Source: Pristiophorus japonicus
Taxonomy: Eukaryota
Length of the DNA stretch: 64,000 nt
Assembly: GCF_044704955.1 (NCBI RefSeq)
Contig: NC_091994.1
Location: 95,108,001 to 95,172,000 of the forward strand
Direction of reading: 5' to 3'
Below the pieces are notes generated by a model. The model did not search any database. It was not told the origin of the DNA and saw nothing but the letters and a program-made list of their open reading frames with translations. The position numbers and the translations under genes were made by a program. This document shows positions 1 to 10,400 of the stretch, one piece after another; position 1 is the stretch's first letter, and each line of letters opens with the position of its first letter.

Positions 1-249
1 GTCGATGACCTTTTATCATCCTTTAATATTCACTTTCTCATGCAGTTATCTAATTCCCTTATAAAGAATTGATGAATTCTGCGTCAGCAATGGTTTGAAT
101 CCTATTCGACCCTGGTTTGGGGTTGTCATTTAGGTCTGACATTAACCATTCAGGAGTGACTGCCTTGTCCTCGCACTGTCAACTCGCCAACTCTCCTCCT
201 TTTTACACTGTCCGTGCTCAGGGCTGCCTCCCTCTGGCCAAACATTCAG

Positions 250-1027
250 CAGGGTCGCCAACTCTGGTTGGACACGTTCCTGGAGGTTTCATCACATGAC
301 CTCCGACCTCCAACCAGGCCGCCCCCATGCTCCAGCCCCACCCCCGCACTCAATTCCCTCCCACACATTCCCGCCCCAACCGCGCTAACAATCCACGCAC
401 CCACACTCCCGGCCATACCCCCGCACTCCTGTCCCACTCCCACACTCAATCCCCTCCCCCGCGCTCAATCCCCACCCTCCCACTCCATCCCCCACACTCC
501 TGCCCCGCCCCCACAACCAATCTCCGCCCCCACACTCTCAGCCCCACCCCCGCACTCAATCGTACTCCCCCCCCCCACCCCCGCACTCCTGCCCCACCCC
601 CGCTCTCCCGCCCCACCCCCGCACTCAATCCCACCCCCGCACTCCTGCCCCACCCCCGCACTCCCGCCCCTACCCTCCCACTCCAGCCCCTCCCCCGCAC
701 TTGAGCCCCTCGCCCGCACTCCCGCCCCACCCCCACTCCCGCTCCACCCCCACATTTCCGTCCTTCCCCCCTCTCCCATTATTGGTCACCCGACGTATCC
801 ACCTTTGCTGTGAAGAGGCTCTTTGTTACTCGATTGGATGATTCTTGATTGTCAGTCAAACAGCTATTCTCTCACCTCCTATATATTTCTAATCTATAAA
901 CAAAAGTGTTCAGATTAATGAAAAAATACACTATTTTTTAAAAGGTGCTGCATTTTTCTCCTGGGATTGCTTGCAGCAGTGTCCTGGAGATTAACTTGTA
1001 ATTCCTGGAGACTCCAGGGTGATCCTA
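250..1027. mobile_element. Non-autonomous DNA transposon (hAT-like) with an expanded internal C-rich tract
   Basis: Begins CAGGGTCGCCAACTC. Homologous segments recur at 14670-15162 and, inverted, at about 9977-10075. Confidence 0.5.
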
Positions 1028-1209
1028 CTATCCAATATTGAAAGACAGAGAGAATAACGTTAGCCCTGCCATCTTTCTCATTCACCCCTCGATGGATGCT
1101 CACCAGCCTCTAATCTCGCTACCTGTCTGTGCCAACCTTAGTGTCCCACACAGAGACCCCGCCCCTTTCTAGATATGACCAATAGTCACTCGCTATTCCT
1201 CAATAACTT

Positions 1210-1680
1210 GTCAACAACTTGTATTTGTATAGCGTCTTTAACGTAGTAAAGCGCCCTAAGGCGCTTCACAGGAACGATTATCAAGCAAAATCTGACACCC
1301 AGCCACCTAAGGAGATAGTAGTACAGGTGAACAAAAGCTTGGTCAAAGAGATAGGTTTATTTAAAGGGCATCTTAAAGGAGGAGAGAGAAATGGAGAGGT
1401 TTACGGAGGGAATTCCAGAGCTTTGGGCCTAGGCAGCTGAAGACATGGCTGCCAATGGTGGAACAATTAGAATCCGGGATGCGCAAAAGGCCAGAATTGG
1501 AGGAACGCAGAGATCTCGGAGCTTTGTCGGGCTGGAGGAGATTACAGAGATAGGGAGGGGCGAGGCCATGGAGGGATTTGAACACAAGGATGAGAATTTT
1601 AAACTGGAGGCATTGCCGGAACAAGAGCCAATATAAGTCAGCGGGCACAGGGGTGGGGAGTGATCGGAACTTCGTGCAGT
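1210..1680 (-). mobile_element. L2-clade LINE 3' fragment
   Basis: ORF2 C-terminus [23 protein letters not shown]...GPKLWNSL; recurrent 3' tail. Confidence 0.8.
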
Positions 1681-2129
1681 CGCTTTGAACTTACACTTCC
1701 TGTAACTGTGTTTGTCTCAATACTCAAACTATAGTGGCCCAGCAAGAGTCACAGCTGCCCTATCATTAACTGTTTTAAACTTTATCTATAATACATAAAA
1801 ACACAAACTTGGTGTAAAAGATTAAGCAGTATAAAAATGAAAGAAGAGCAGGATTTCCCTTTGTACCTTCCAACATTCCTCAACGAACATCACCACAAAC
1901 AGATGCAGCTGTGATGCATCACAGAATCTTGCTGTATACAGAATGCCTGCCGCCTTCACCGACAATTCTAATGTGATTAATTCTATGCAAAGTGTTTTTA
2001 GATGTCGGTGACTGGAAATGCAAGGTTTCTCTCCATCTCTCTTTCCAACCTGCTGCACAGTTCCAGAACTATTCTGATTTGATTTTAGGTTTTCATCGGT
2101 CACGTATTATTGCTTTATTGAACTACGCT

Positions 2130-2525
2130 GGGCACGGTTGTGTAGTGGTTATGCTACTGGATTAGTAATCCAGAAAGATCGCAAGTGCAAGTCCTCTGGC
2201 CGTTTGAGAATTTGAATTCAGTGTGTTTCTCTGGAATCTGGAAATAAAAAGCTGGTATCAGTGAAAGTGACCGTGCAGCTGTCGGATTGTCATAAAATCC
2301 CACTAAAGTCCTGTTGGGGAGAAAACCTGCCGTCCTTACCTGGTCTGGGCCTATATGTGACTCCAGTCCCAATCCCACGTGGTTGACTCTTTACTGCCCT
2401 GTAAAGAGGTCTAGCAAGAATTGCAGTGGTGCAAGAAGGTGTCCCACCACCAGCACCTTCTCCGAGCAACTAGGGATGGGCAATAAATGCCAGCCGTGCC
2501 AGCGACGACTACATCCCGAGAATTA
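2130..2525 (+). mobile_element. tRNA-derived SINE (family B)
   Basis: A-box-like head and GGATGGGCAATAAATGCCAGC tail; inverted copies at 29855-29975 and 43810-44190. Confidence 0.6.
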
Positions 2526-2907
2526 ATTTCCCCCAGAAATATTCCAGTGGGACAGTTGCACATCCAGACAGTGTTGCAGACAGTGTGTGTGAGAAGCCGA
2601 TCAGCTCCAGTACAGTGTCGATGTCACATTAAGCTGATGTGTGCCTAACAATCTGTCACAATAAGGTGTTAAACAATGATATTTGATTCAGTAATTGGAG
2701 CTGTCCCCTTGCTCCCTCCTCCAGTCACTTTCCCAGGATGTGTGACTTTGTGCTGACATTAATATCCTGGGATTTGTGAGAGACACTTGCTGCCCAGATG
2801 GCACTCAGGGACTCGGGCTGCCCCTGCCCACAATACAGAGGCAGATCGCGTCACTAACTCTCCATGTAGCCAGGCACACGTCTATTGTCCCGCCAGAAAG
2901 TAGTGGG

Positions 2908-2980
2908 ATTGGCCGGCAAGTGTGGGAACCTGAGAGAGAGCAGAGCCCCACACTCTGTCATGCAAATACCGCCCTTTAAA
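2908..2980 (+). promoter_or_regulatory. HES5-like proximal promoter: reverse CCAAT, CSL/RBPJ site(s), octamer, TATA-like box
   Basis: ATTGG 2908-2912; TGTGGGAA 2921-2928; inverted degenerate site GCCCCACA 2945-2952; ATGCAAAT 2960-2967; TTTAAA 2975-2980. A further TGTGAGAA lies at 2588-2595. Confidence 0.7.
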
Positions 2981-3077
2981 TGCAGCAGCTGCTGAGGTTG
3001 GGCCCAGAGAGCTGGATCAGACATCCCCTCTCACTCACACACATCCGCAGTGTGCCGCACCCCACGGTCTGATAGCC

Positions 3078-3155
3078 ATGTCTCCAAGCAGCCCTGCTGA
3101 TCAGCGTCCAAGGGAATGTACCGAGCACAGCATCACCCCCAGAGACCAGTGCAGA
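3078..3155 (+). CDS. HES5: HES5-like exon 1 (MSPSSPADQRPRECTEHSITPRDQCR)
   Basis: ATG at 3078, donor AGA|GTAAGT, phase 0. Confidence 0.85.
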
Positions 3156-4244
3156 GTAAGTGATACCCGGGACACAGGGGTTTCTGAGCTGGGGTTTCAG
3201 AACCTTCCCTTATAGACCGAGAGGTCAGACTTTTGGGGGGTTTGTGCAGATTCATTACTGAGCTGTTTCTCTCTCCCTTTGTCCCGCAGTTGATGAAACC
3301 GATGGCGGAGAAGAGGCGCAGAGATCGGATAAACAGGAGCATCCTGCAGCTGAAGGGATTGCTGGAGAGAGAGTTTCATAGAGACCAGGGCAGCTGCAAA
3401 CTGGAGAAAGCCGCAATCTTGGAAACATCCATCAATTTCCTGAAGCATCATCGCTTACTCGGTGAGTGCGAGTGACACCAGGTCAATGCACCAAGTCCCG
3501 TTCACCCATCACCCCTGTGCTCCTGGATGTACATTGGCTACCTGTCCGGCAAGACCTCAATTTTAAAATTCTCATCCATGTGTTCAGATCCCTCCACGGT
3601 CTTGCCCCTCTCTATCTCTGTAACCTCCTCCAGCCCTACTACCCTCCGAGCTCTCTGTGCTCATCTAATTCTGGCCTCTTGAGCATCCCATTTTGAATCG
3701 CCTAAGCCCCAAGCCCTGAAATTCCCTCCCTGAACCTCTCCGCCTCTGTACTGTTCTCTCTCCTCCTTTAAGACGCTCCTTAAAACCTACCTCTTTTGAC
3801 CAAACTATTTGTCACCTGTTCTAATATCTCCTAATGTGTCTCAGTTTAAATTTTGTCTGATTTACTTCTGTGAAGCGCATTGGGACGTTTTACTACATTA
3901 AAGGCACTATATAAATGCAAGTTATTGTTGTAATAAAAGCTTAACTCTGAACCCTGTCTTCTCTCCTCCTTCCAGAGTCCGGACCCCAGGCGTGGCGCCC
4001 CCTGCAGGACTATAATGACGGTTACGCCCGGTGTCTGCGGGAGACCCTCTGCTTCCTGTCAGCGCACCAGACCAAGATGGTGGCCCCACCTGAACTGCTG
4101 CAGCACCTGTGCGGAGCGAGGGGAGGGGGCGCGGAGCCCTGTGACACCCCCGTGACCTCTCTACAGACTCCGCCCTGTCAGACCCCAGCGAAGCAGGTAG
4201 TGCAGCCCGGCACTAGGACCCTGTGGCGACCCTGGCAGATCTGA
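3078..4244 (+). CDS. HES5: HES5-like bHLH-Orange transcriptional repressor, join(3078..3155,3290..3461,3976..4244), 172 aa
   Basis: Kozak GCCATG. GT-AG introns in consistent phases (0,1). bHLH LMKPMAEKRRRDRINRSILQLKGLLEREF...KLEKAAILETSINFLK, Orange domain QDYNDGYARCLRETLCFL, C-terminal WRPWQI*. The 3-exon layout and residues fit the HES5 subfamily; the exact paralogue is uncertain. Confidence 0.88.
3290..3461 (+). CDS. HES5: HES5-like exon 2 (bHLH)
   Basis: Polypyrimidine tract plus CAG acceptor, donor G|GTGAGT, bHLH translation. Confidence 0.92.
3487..3931 (+). mobile_element. L2 3' fragment filling most of HES5-like intron 2
   Basis: HWLPVRQDLNFKILIHVFRSLHGLAPLYLCNLL and the L2 tail. Confidence 0.8.
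3976..4244 (+). CDS. HES5: HES5-like exon 3 (Orange domain, WRPW)
   Basis: TTCCAG acceptor, phase 1, open to TGA at 4242-4244. Confidence 0.9.
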
Positions 4245-4529
4245 GCCTCACCAGGTGGCTATTTCACCAAGGGAAATCGTGGAATCCCTTAATTACTGAG
4301 GACATTTCTGAAAGTATTAATCGTATTTGTGTTGTTTTGTCATATTGACAACTAGATTGTAAATCAATGATTCATATTAATTTGACTTGCTGCAGTTCAG
4401 ATAAAGACTCGTTTATTTCAATCGCTGCAATCCGGTAAAGGTCGGTATAACTCCACAGGCGGCAGGTCCATGTACTGCTTAGTGTGGCGAATCACACAGA
4501 GTAGGACAGCCGCAGTCTGATCCATGGCC

Positions 4530-4800
4530 TTTGGTGTGTGAGAGGGTCACATTCGGGGCAGCCCATTGGATAGATAGTTGGCCTCAGTTCCCATGAGTTA
4601 GGGAGGTGAATGTCAGCCAGAGTTCCCGCTCCCGATAAACATCCAGGGACTCGGGCTGGAAGGTGCAAGTATGTGGATATCTGGTGAGGGTTGTGATTCT
4701 CCCATGGTTGAATAACTGTCACCACTCATTGTCCAGGCTCACACATGAAGAAAGGGCAGTTGATTGAGATACTGGAGGGTGTCTGGGATCTGTGGACCTG
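4530..4800 (+). mobile_element. Degraded LF-SINE-like element
   Basis: CAGCCAGAGTTCCCGCTCC...ACTCATTGTCCAGGCTCACACATGAAGAA; related copies near 13190-13370, 45640-45845 and 54690-54925. Confidence 0.5.
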
Positions 4801-5185
4801 AACCCCAGTGATCTGCTCTGTTATATTGAATTTCTGTGAGATTGTAGCATTTAAGCTTGTTGCTTCCTTTGAAGGAGTATTGGGGATTATTCCCAAAGAG
4901 TAACACTGTAACAGTGCAGGTAAAGGAAATGTACTGGCTGTATAAACTGTTTCAATATTTGAAAGCTCTAATTGCAATGTTGGGGTTTGTGTGAACGTGT
5001 ATTGTAATACTGTAATATTATTTGCAGGGCTATGGAGAAAGGGCAGGGATAGTGGGGCTAATTGGATAATTATTTCAAAGAGCTGGCGTAGGCATGATAG
5101 GCCAAATGGCCGCCTTTTGTTCTGTATCATTCTAAGATTGTTTGATTCTGAGAGTCAATGATTCTATTTTCTGAAAGGAAATAAC

Positions 5186-5191
5186 AATAAA
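5186..5191 (+). terminator. Candidate polyadenylation signal of the HES5-like gene
   Basis: First AATAAA seen after the stop codon, followed by T/GT-rich sequence. Confidence 0.45.
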
Positions 5192-5637
5192 ACAGATTTA
5201 TTTGAACATTATTGTTTTGTAAACATTGTAGTATGGGGTTACGATCCTCTTGATGAGTCTGAAATCTTGTTTTATTTTGGAGGCGTTCTGATTTGGTGCT
5301 TTAACCGCATGTTGGCCCTAAGCTGCATGTGCCCAGTAGCTGCCCTGCTGACAGGTAGTGATTGCTGTGCCTCCTGTTCACCATTCCCCACCCCCAAACT
5401 GGCACAATGGTCTCTCTGCCTGGTACTGAGCTGGTGAACTAGGTGTGGTGGTGATTCAGACCAGCATTGAAACAGTGGCTCATTAATGTCTCCAGCTGCA
5501 CCCACACACTACCCCAGCTGTGAGATGTGCTCGTGTATTAAATGTGCCTGTCTGTGTTTGATTTGAGGGGCATTATTTACATCAGAGGGAAGGCTCAGTG
5601 TCTGATGATCTATCCCAGAGCTCTTTGTTCAAGAGGT

Positions 5638-6092
5638 AAGAAATACTTGCATTTATATAGTGCCGTTCATGACCACTGGATGTCTCAAAGCGCTTTGCAG
5701 CCAATGAAGCACTTTTGGAGTGTAGGCACTGTTGTAATATAGGAAATGCAGCAGCCAATTTCCCACAAATGTCATCATCATCATAGGCAGTCCCTCGAAA
5801 TCGAGGAGGACTTGCTTCCACTCTTAAAATGAGTTCATAGGTGGCTGAACAGTCCAATACGAGAACCACAATCCCTGTCACAGATGGGACAGATAGTTGT
5901 TGAGGGAAGGGACAAACAGCAATATGATAATGACCACATAACCTGTTTTTTTTGTTATGTTGATTGAGGGATAAATATTGGCCAGGACACTGGGGATAAC
6001 TCCCCTGCTCGTCTTTGAAATATTGTCATGGGACCTTGTACATACACCTGAGAGAGCAGATAAGGCCTCAGTTTAAAGTTTCAGCTGAAAGA
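5638..6092 (-). mobile_element. Deu-domain SINE (SacSINE1/AmnSINE-like) with a nested RTE 3' end at 5770-5911
   Basis: Deu core and L2-like tail. The insert has a (TCA)n tail matching the RTE at 63070-63137 and is flanked by ACAAA at 5765-5769 and 5912-5916. Confidence 0.75.
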
Positions 6093-6465
6093 TGAGAGAG
6101 AACGAGAGACCCACACCCCCATCCCCACACCCCCACCCCACCCCCCTCAGGCAACTCCCATTGGTCATCAGCAAAATAATGGGGCTAGGCCTCCCCCAAC
6201 ATGTTGGAGGGAGAGGAGGAGAGAGTGAGCGGATAAACACTGAAGAATCATCCTTTAGAATATAGTCACCATATGGCCTTAGTGACAAAATGGTAATGCT
6301 ACAACAATATTATAATGTTAAAAATTGTATACATAATGAGCACTTCCTGTACTGTGATAAAGCCGCGTATGGTCTAACCAATAAGGACAAACTGCACTGA
6401 ACAAACATTAAACAGGCTGTCGGTGAGAGGGAGCTCAGATACAGATGGACAGTGACTCATTCAGA

Positions 6466-6823
6466 TGCATACTATAGATATACTCTCTGTGTAGTCACTG
6501 TATAGTTGCATAAGATGGAGACTTGTTACCTGATGTACTATCAAATAAGGTTTACACTGTGTATATACTATGCTGGCACCACTAGAGGGTGCAACTAATG
6601 GAGACCGGGGTTTCCTGCCTCTGTGGCAGAGGCTGTCCACCAGAGGGCACTGTGGTGGGAGACTTGAGGGTCACCTGCATAGGTGTGCAGGGCCCAGTAT
6701 AAATGGCTGCCCACCATGCTTGTGCCCTACTCTGCAGTTATGAATAAAGGACCAAGGTCACTACAGTTTGAGTACAACACATTGCCTCGTAGTCATTCAT
6801 AAGTGCATTACAGACATAACACA
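6466..6823 (+). mobile_element. Probable solo LTR
   Basis: TG...CA ends with possible CAGA target-site duplication, TATAAAT near 6698, AATAAA at 6743; boundaries uncertain. Confidence 0.55.
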
Positions 6824-7000
6824 CAGATAGACACTGACTCTCAAACTAATACACACAGACAGACATACTGACACAAATGAACACAGAAATATAGACACAC
6901 CCAGACAGACTCATACATGATGACACACACAGGCACAGACACACAAAGATACCCAGAGACACAGACATGTGTGCACACCGACACAGAGCTGGACAGTCTC
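6824..7000. repeat. Degenerate CA/GA microsatellite
   Basis: ACAC/AGAC-rich tract. Confidence 0.8.
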
Positions 7001-7333
7001 ATGCCCGACAATACCCAGTGACTCTCAGTAACAGCCCCAGCGAAAATTGCTCCACCCTTTGCTCCCAGCAGGAGTTGGGGTTCATTCCGTACCCTGTCAC
7101 TATTCCCCCTCAGCCCCTGCACTTCCCAAAGTCGAACTGACCCTGATTCAGAAACCTGCAGTTTGAGTGTGACCAGACTCTCAGACAGTGACAGGGGCCT
7201 GTAGGAGAAGAGTAGGAGGAGGAGGAGGGGGGAAGAAGTGGTTAAATTGAGTTTTGATCTCACGCTGCTTTGTAAGTCATTTTTGGCAAACCTGGCTCCC
7301 CGTAATCACATGGGGTTTTACTCACTAGCTTCT

Positions 7334-7345
7334 GAAAGTGAAAGT
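7334..7345 (+). promoter_or_regulatory. IRF-E/ISRE element upstream of PSMB10
   Basis: GAAAGTGAAAGT about 40 nt before the ATG. A second copy, AAAACTGAAAGT, lies at 7719-7730 in intron 1. Confidence 0.75.
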
Positions 7346-7384
7346 CAGCGAGTTGGAGAGGAGAGGCCAGCTAGCCAGGTCGAC

Positions 7385-7449
7385 ATGTTGAAGTGTGAGA
7401 GATTCCTCAGCACCCCTGTGGGGGGATTCAGCTTCGAGAACTGCAGGAG
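7385..7449 (+). CDS. PSMB10: PSMB10 exon 1 ([21 protein letters not shown])
   Basis: GGFSFENC propeptide motif; donor AG|GTGAGG. Confidence 0.9.
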
Positions 7450-10400
7450 GTGAGGAGGAGAGGGTGGGTGAAGGAGAGGCGGGAGGATGAGAGGTGGGTG
7501 GAGGTGAAACAAATCCCCGAATAATGTCCAGAGTGTAAAGAACTACAGGACTTCCGGTATTTGTGGCAGCCTCCCTGTGCCCTGGGATCAGATCTCAAGC
7601 TGGCTCAAGGCTGTCGCGTTAAAGGGTGCACTGTGCTCCTGACTGACTGGCTTTAAGCTGGGAGCTGGGGCTGTGAGTGGGGCTGATGATGTGCATTTTA
7701 AGTAACGTTTGGCAAATCAAAACTGAAAGTCAGACACTTCCTGCATGACCAGCAGATTCAGTGTGCGTGTGTTCTGTACAGGCTGCGATCAACCGGGGGA
7801 ATATTCCCTCTCAAAGCTAACAGACTCTCAAATATAGAAATAGATAGTTTATGATTCTGAGGAGCTGAAATTGCCTCCCTCCTTAAGGTCCATTACCGTC
7901 TCTAAGAGGCTGTGATGGAGCAGATGAGCCTCACCGACCGGGGCAGACGAATGGCCCAGCATAAATTGCCCCGGGGGCGGCGGGAACGGGTTTCTGAGCC
8001 GCCCGTGTTCCTGCCGCGTCGGGCATGTGCTGACTCCCTTTCCGCCCTGCGAGGCAAATTGCTCCGTGGGAGCGGATCGACCGCCACTGATCGCTTTCCC
8101 CTGCGGGAAGTGTGTGAGGCTGGGCGGCGCATCCTGGAATATTGTGTTCAGTTTTGGTCTCCTAACCTGAGGGAGTGCAGCGAAGGTTCACCAGACTGAT
8201 TCCTGGGATGGCAGGACTGACCTATGAGGAGAGACTGGATCAACTGGGCCTTTATTCACTGGAGTTTAGAAAGTTAAGAGGGGGTCTCATAGAAACATAT
8301 AAAATTCTGACTGCACTGGACAGATTAAATGCAGGAAGAATGTTCCTGATGTTGGGAAAGTCCAGAACCAGGGGACACAGTCTCAGGATAAGGGGTAGGT
8401 CATTTAGGACTGAGATGAGGAGAAACTTCTTCACTCAGAGTTGTTAACCTGTGGAATTCTCTACCACAGAGAGTTGTTGCTGCCAGTTCATTGGATATAT
8501 TCAAAAGGGAATTTGATATGGCCCTTGAGGCTAAAGGGATCAAGGGGTATGGAGAGAAAGCAGGAAAGAGGTGAATCAATCAGCCATGATCTTATTGAAT
8601 GGTAGTGCAGGCTCGAAGGGCCGAATGGCCTACTCCTGCACCTATTTTTTATGTTTCTATCCGCTGTTAACCGCGGCAGAGCGCCCTCCCCTTTGCTACC
8701 TTGTTTTAATTGTCGGCCCCTCTTGGGTATCAGGCCGCTGGCTCGGCCGAACCCCTCCCTGGTGGCCCAGGGGGCCAAACTAAACTTCTTGCAGAGTTTG
8801 CAGCGACCCTTCCCCTTTAACTGAAGGGGAGGGATGCTGATGACTCGGAGCGACGGCCGCCTCGCTCCAAGGGCACTTCCGCCCCTCACCCCCCCCCCCC
8901 CCCCGACCGGAAATAGACAAAACCAAGAGGTGAATATCAGTCCAACCTCCGCCCCATCGATTGGGGCAGACATCAACCTATCGAATCGCCGAGTGCGCCT
9001 ACTTTTTTACTTTTTGGTCGTGGGGGCAATGTTGGCTCCTGAGTTTTGTCATGCTCCTGATTCGCTGGCGAGTCTGGAGAATCCCCGTCCCTGCTGAGGT
9101 CTCCCTCCCCCCTCCCATCCCTTCCTCTCCCCTCCCCTCCTCCCCACCACTACTCCCCACCTCTCCCTTCCGCTTCCCTCCTCTCCTCTCGTCCCCACGG
9201 TTCAGGTCGCCCATCCCACCCTGAAGGTGCTGCCTCTCACTGGGGAATAGCTCGCCACCCCCCCCCCGGTTACAGTTTACAAAGTGCCAGTTATTTACCC
9301 GCTCAAATCCCCACCATTTCCGATATTAAAAAGAAAAGAAAGACTTGCATTTTTATAGCGCCTTTCACAACCTCAGGACATCCCAAAGCACTTTACAGCC
9401 AATGAAGTACTTTTTGAAGTGTAGTCACTGTTGTAATGTAGGAAACACAGCAGTCAATCTATGTACAGCAAGCTCCCACAAATAGCAATGTGATAATGAC
9501 CAGGTCATCTGTTTTAGTGACTTTGGTTGAGAAATAACTCCCCTGCTATTCTTTGAAATAGTACCATGGGATCTTTTACATGCACCTGAGAGAGCAGACG
9601 GGGCCTCGGTTTAACGTCTCATCTGAAAGATGTCACCTCTGACAGTGCAGCACTCCCTCAGCACTGCACTGGAGTGTCAGCCAGGATTTTGTGCTCAAAT
9701 CTCTGGAGTTCAGGCTTGAACCCACAACCTTCTGAATTCAAGGCAAGAGTGCTACCCACTGAGCCACAGCTGACATCTAAGTGCCTGCAACATCGCCCCT
9801 GACCTGCTCAGTATCTACATTACTCTCTCCCCATCTCCTTCTCAAACCCTTTGTGTCTTTCAGGAATGCAGCGTTGGAGGGAGAGTTGCAGCAAGTGGGC
9901 TACAAACCCCCGAAAGCAAGGAAGACAGGGACCACCATCGCTGGCCTCATCTTCAAGGTAACTCCTCACCAACATCTAGAGGCTGAGAACCCAGTAGGAC
10001 TGTCCTGGAGTCTCCAGGAATTACAGATTCATCTCCTGGACACTGGTCTGAGCAAAAACCCAGGAGAAAAATCATAGGGGTGTTTCTCCTCTCATTTCTC
10101 TCACCCTGGTGTGAGCCTGGGTATTAATGAACATGTAATTAACCTCACATGACACGGGCTATCTTGGCTGCTTTGGATTCTGAGCTCCTTGTGGGCAGTG
10201 TGACGTGGCTTGGTGGTAATGGAGGACGATCACTGTGACTGACTGTTTCTCATGTTATGTTATGTAGGACGGGGTGATTCTGGGAGCTGATACCCGGGCC
10301 ACAGAGGACATGGTTGTCGCTGACAAGAACTGTATCAAGATCCATCACATCGCCCCCAACATCTAGTAAGTGTTGTCCGCGAGGTCAGTCTGTGTCCCAT

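Noticed and set aside
1-20. GTCGATGACC matching part of the Penelope hammerhead
   Set aside because: Truncated at the window edge and the catalytic core is not intact
214-813. Pro-rich ORFs resembling extensin, and Gly-rich antisense ORFs
   Set aside because: Low-complexity C-rich tract within a repeat element
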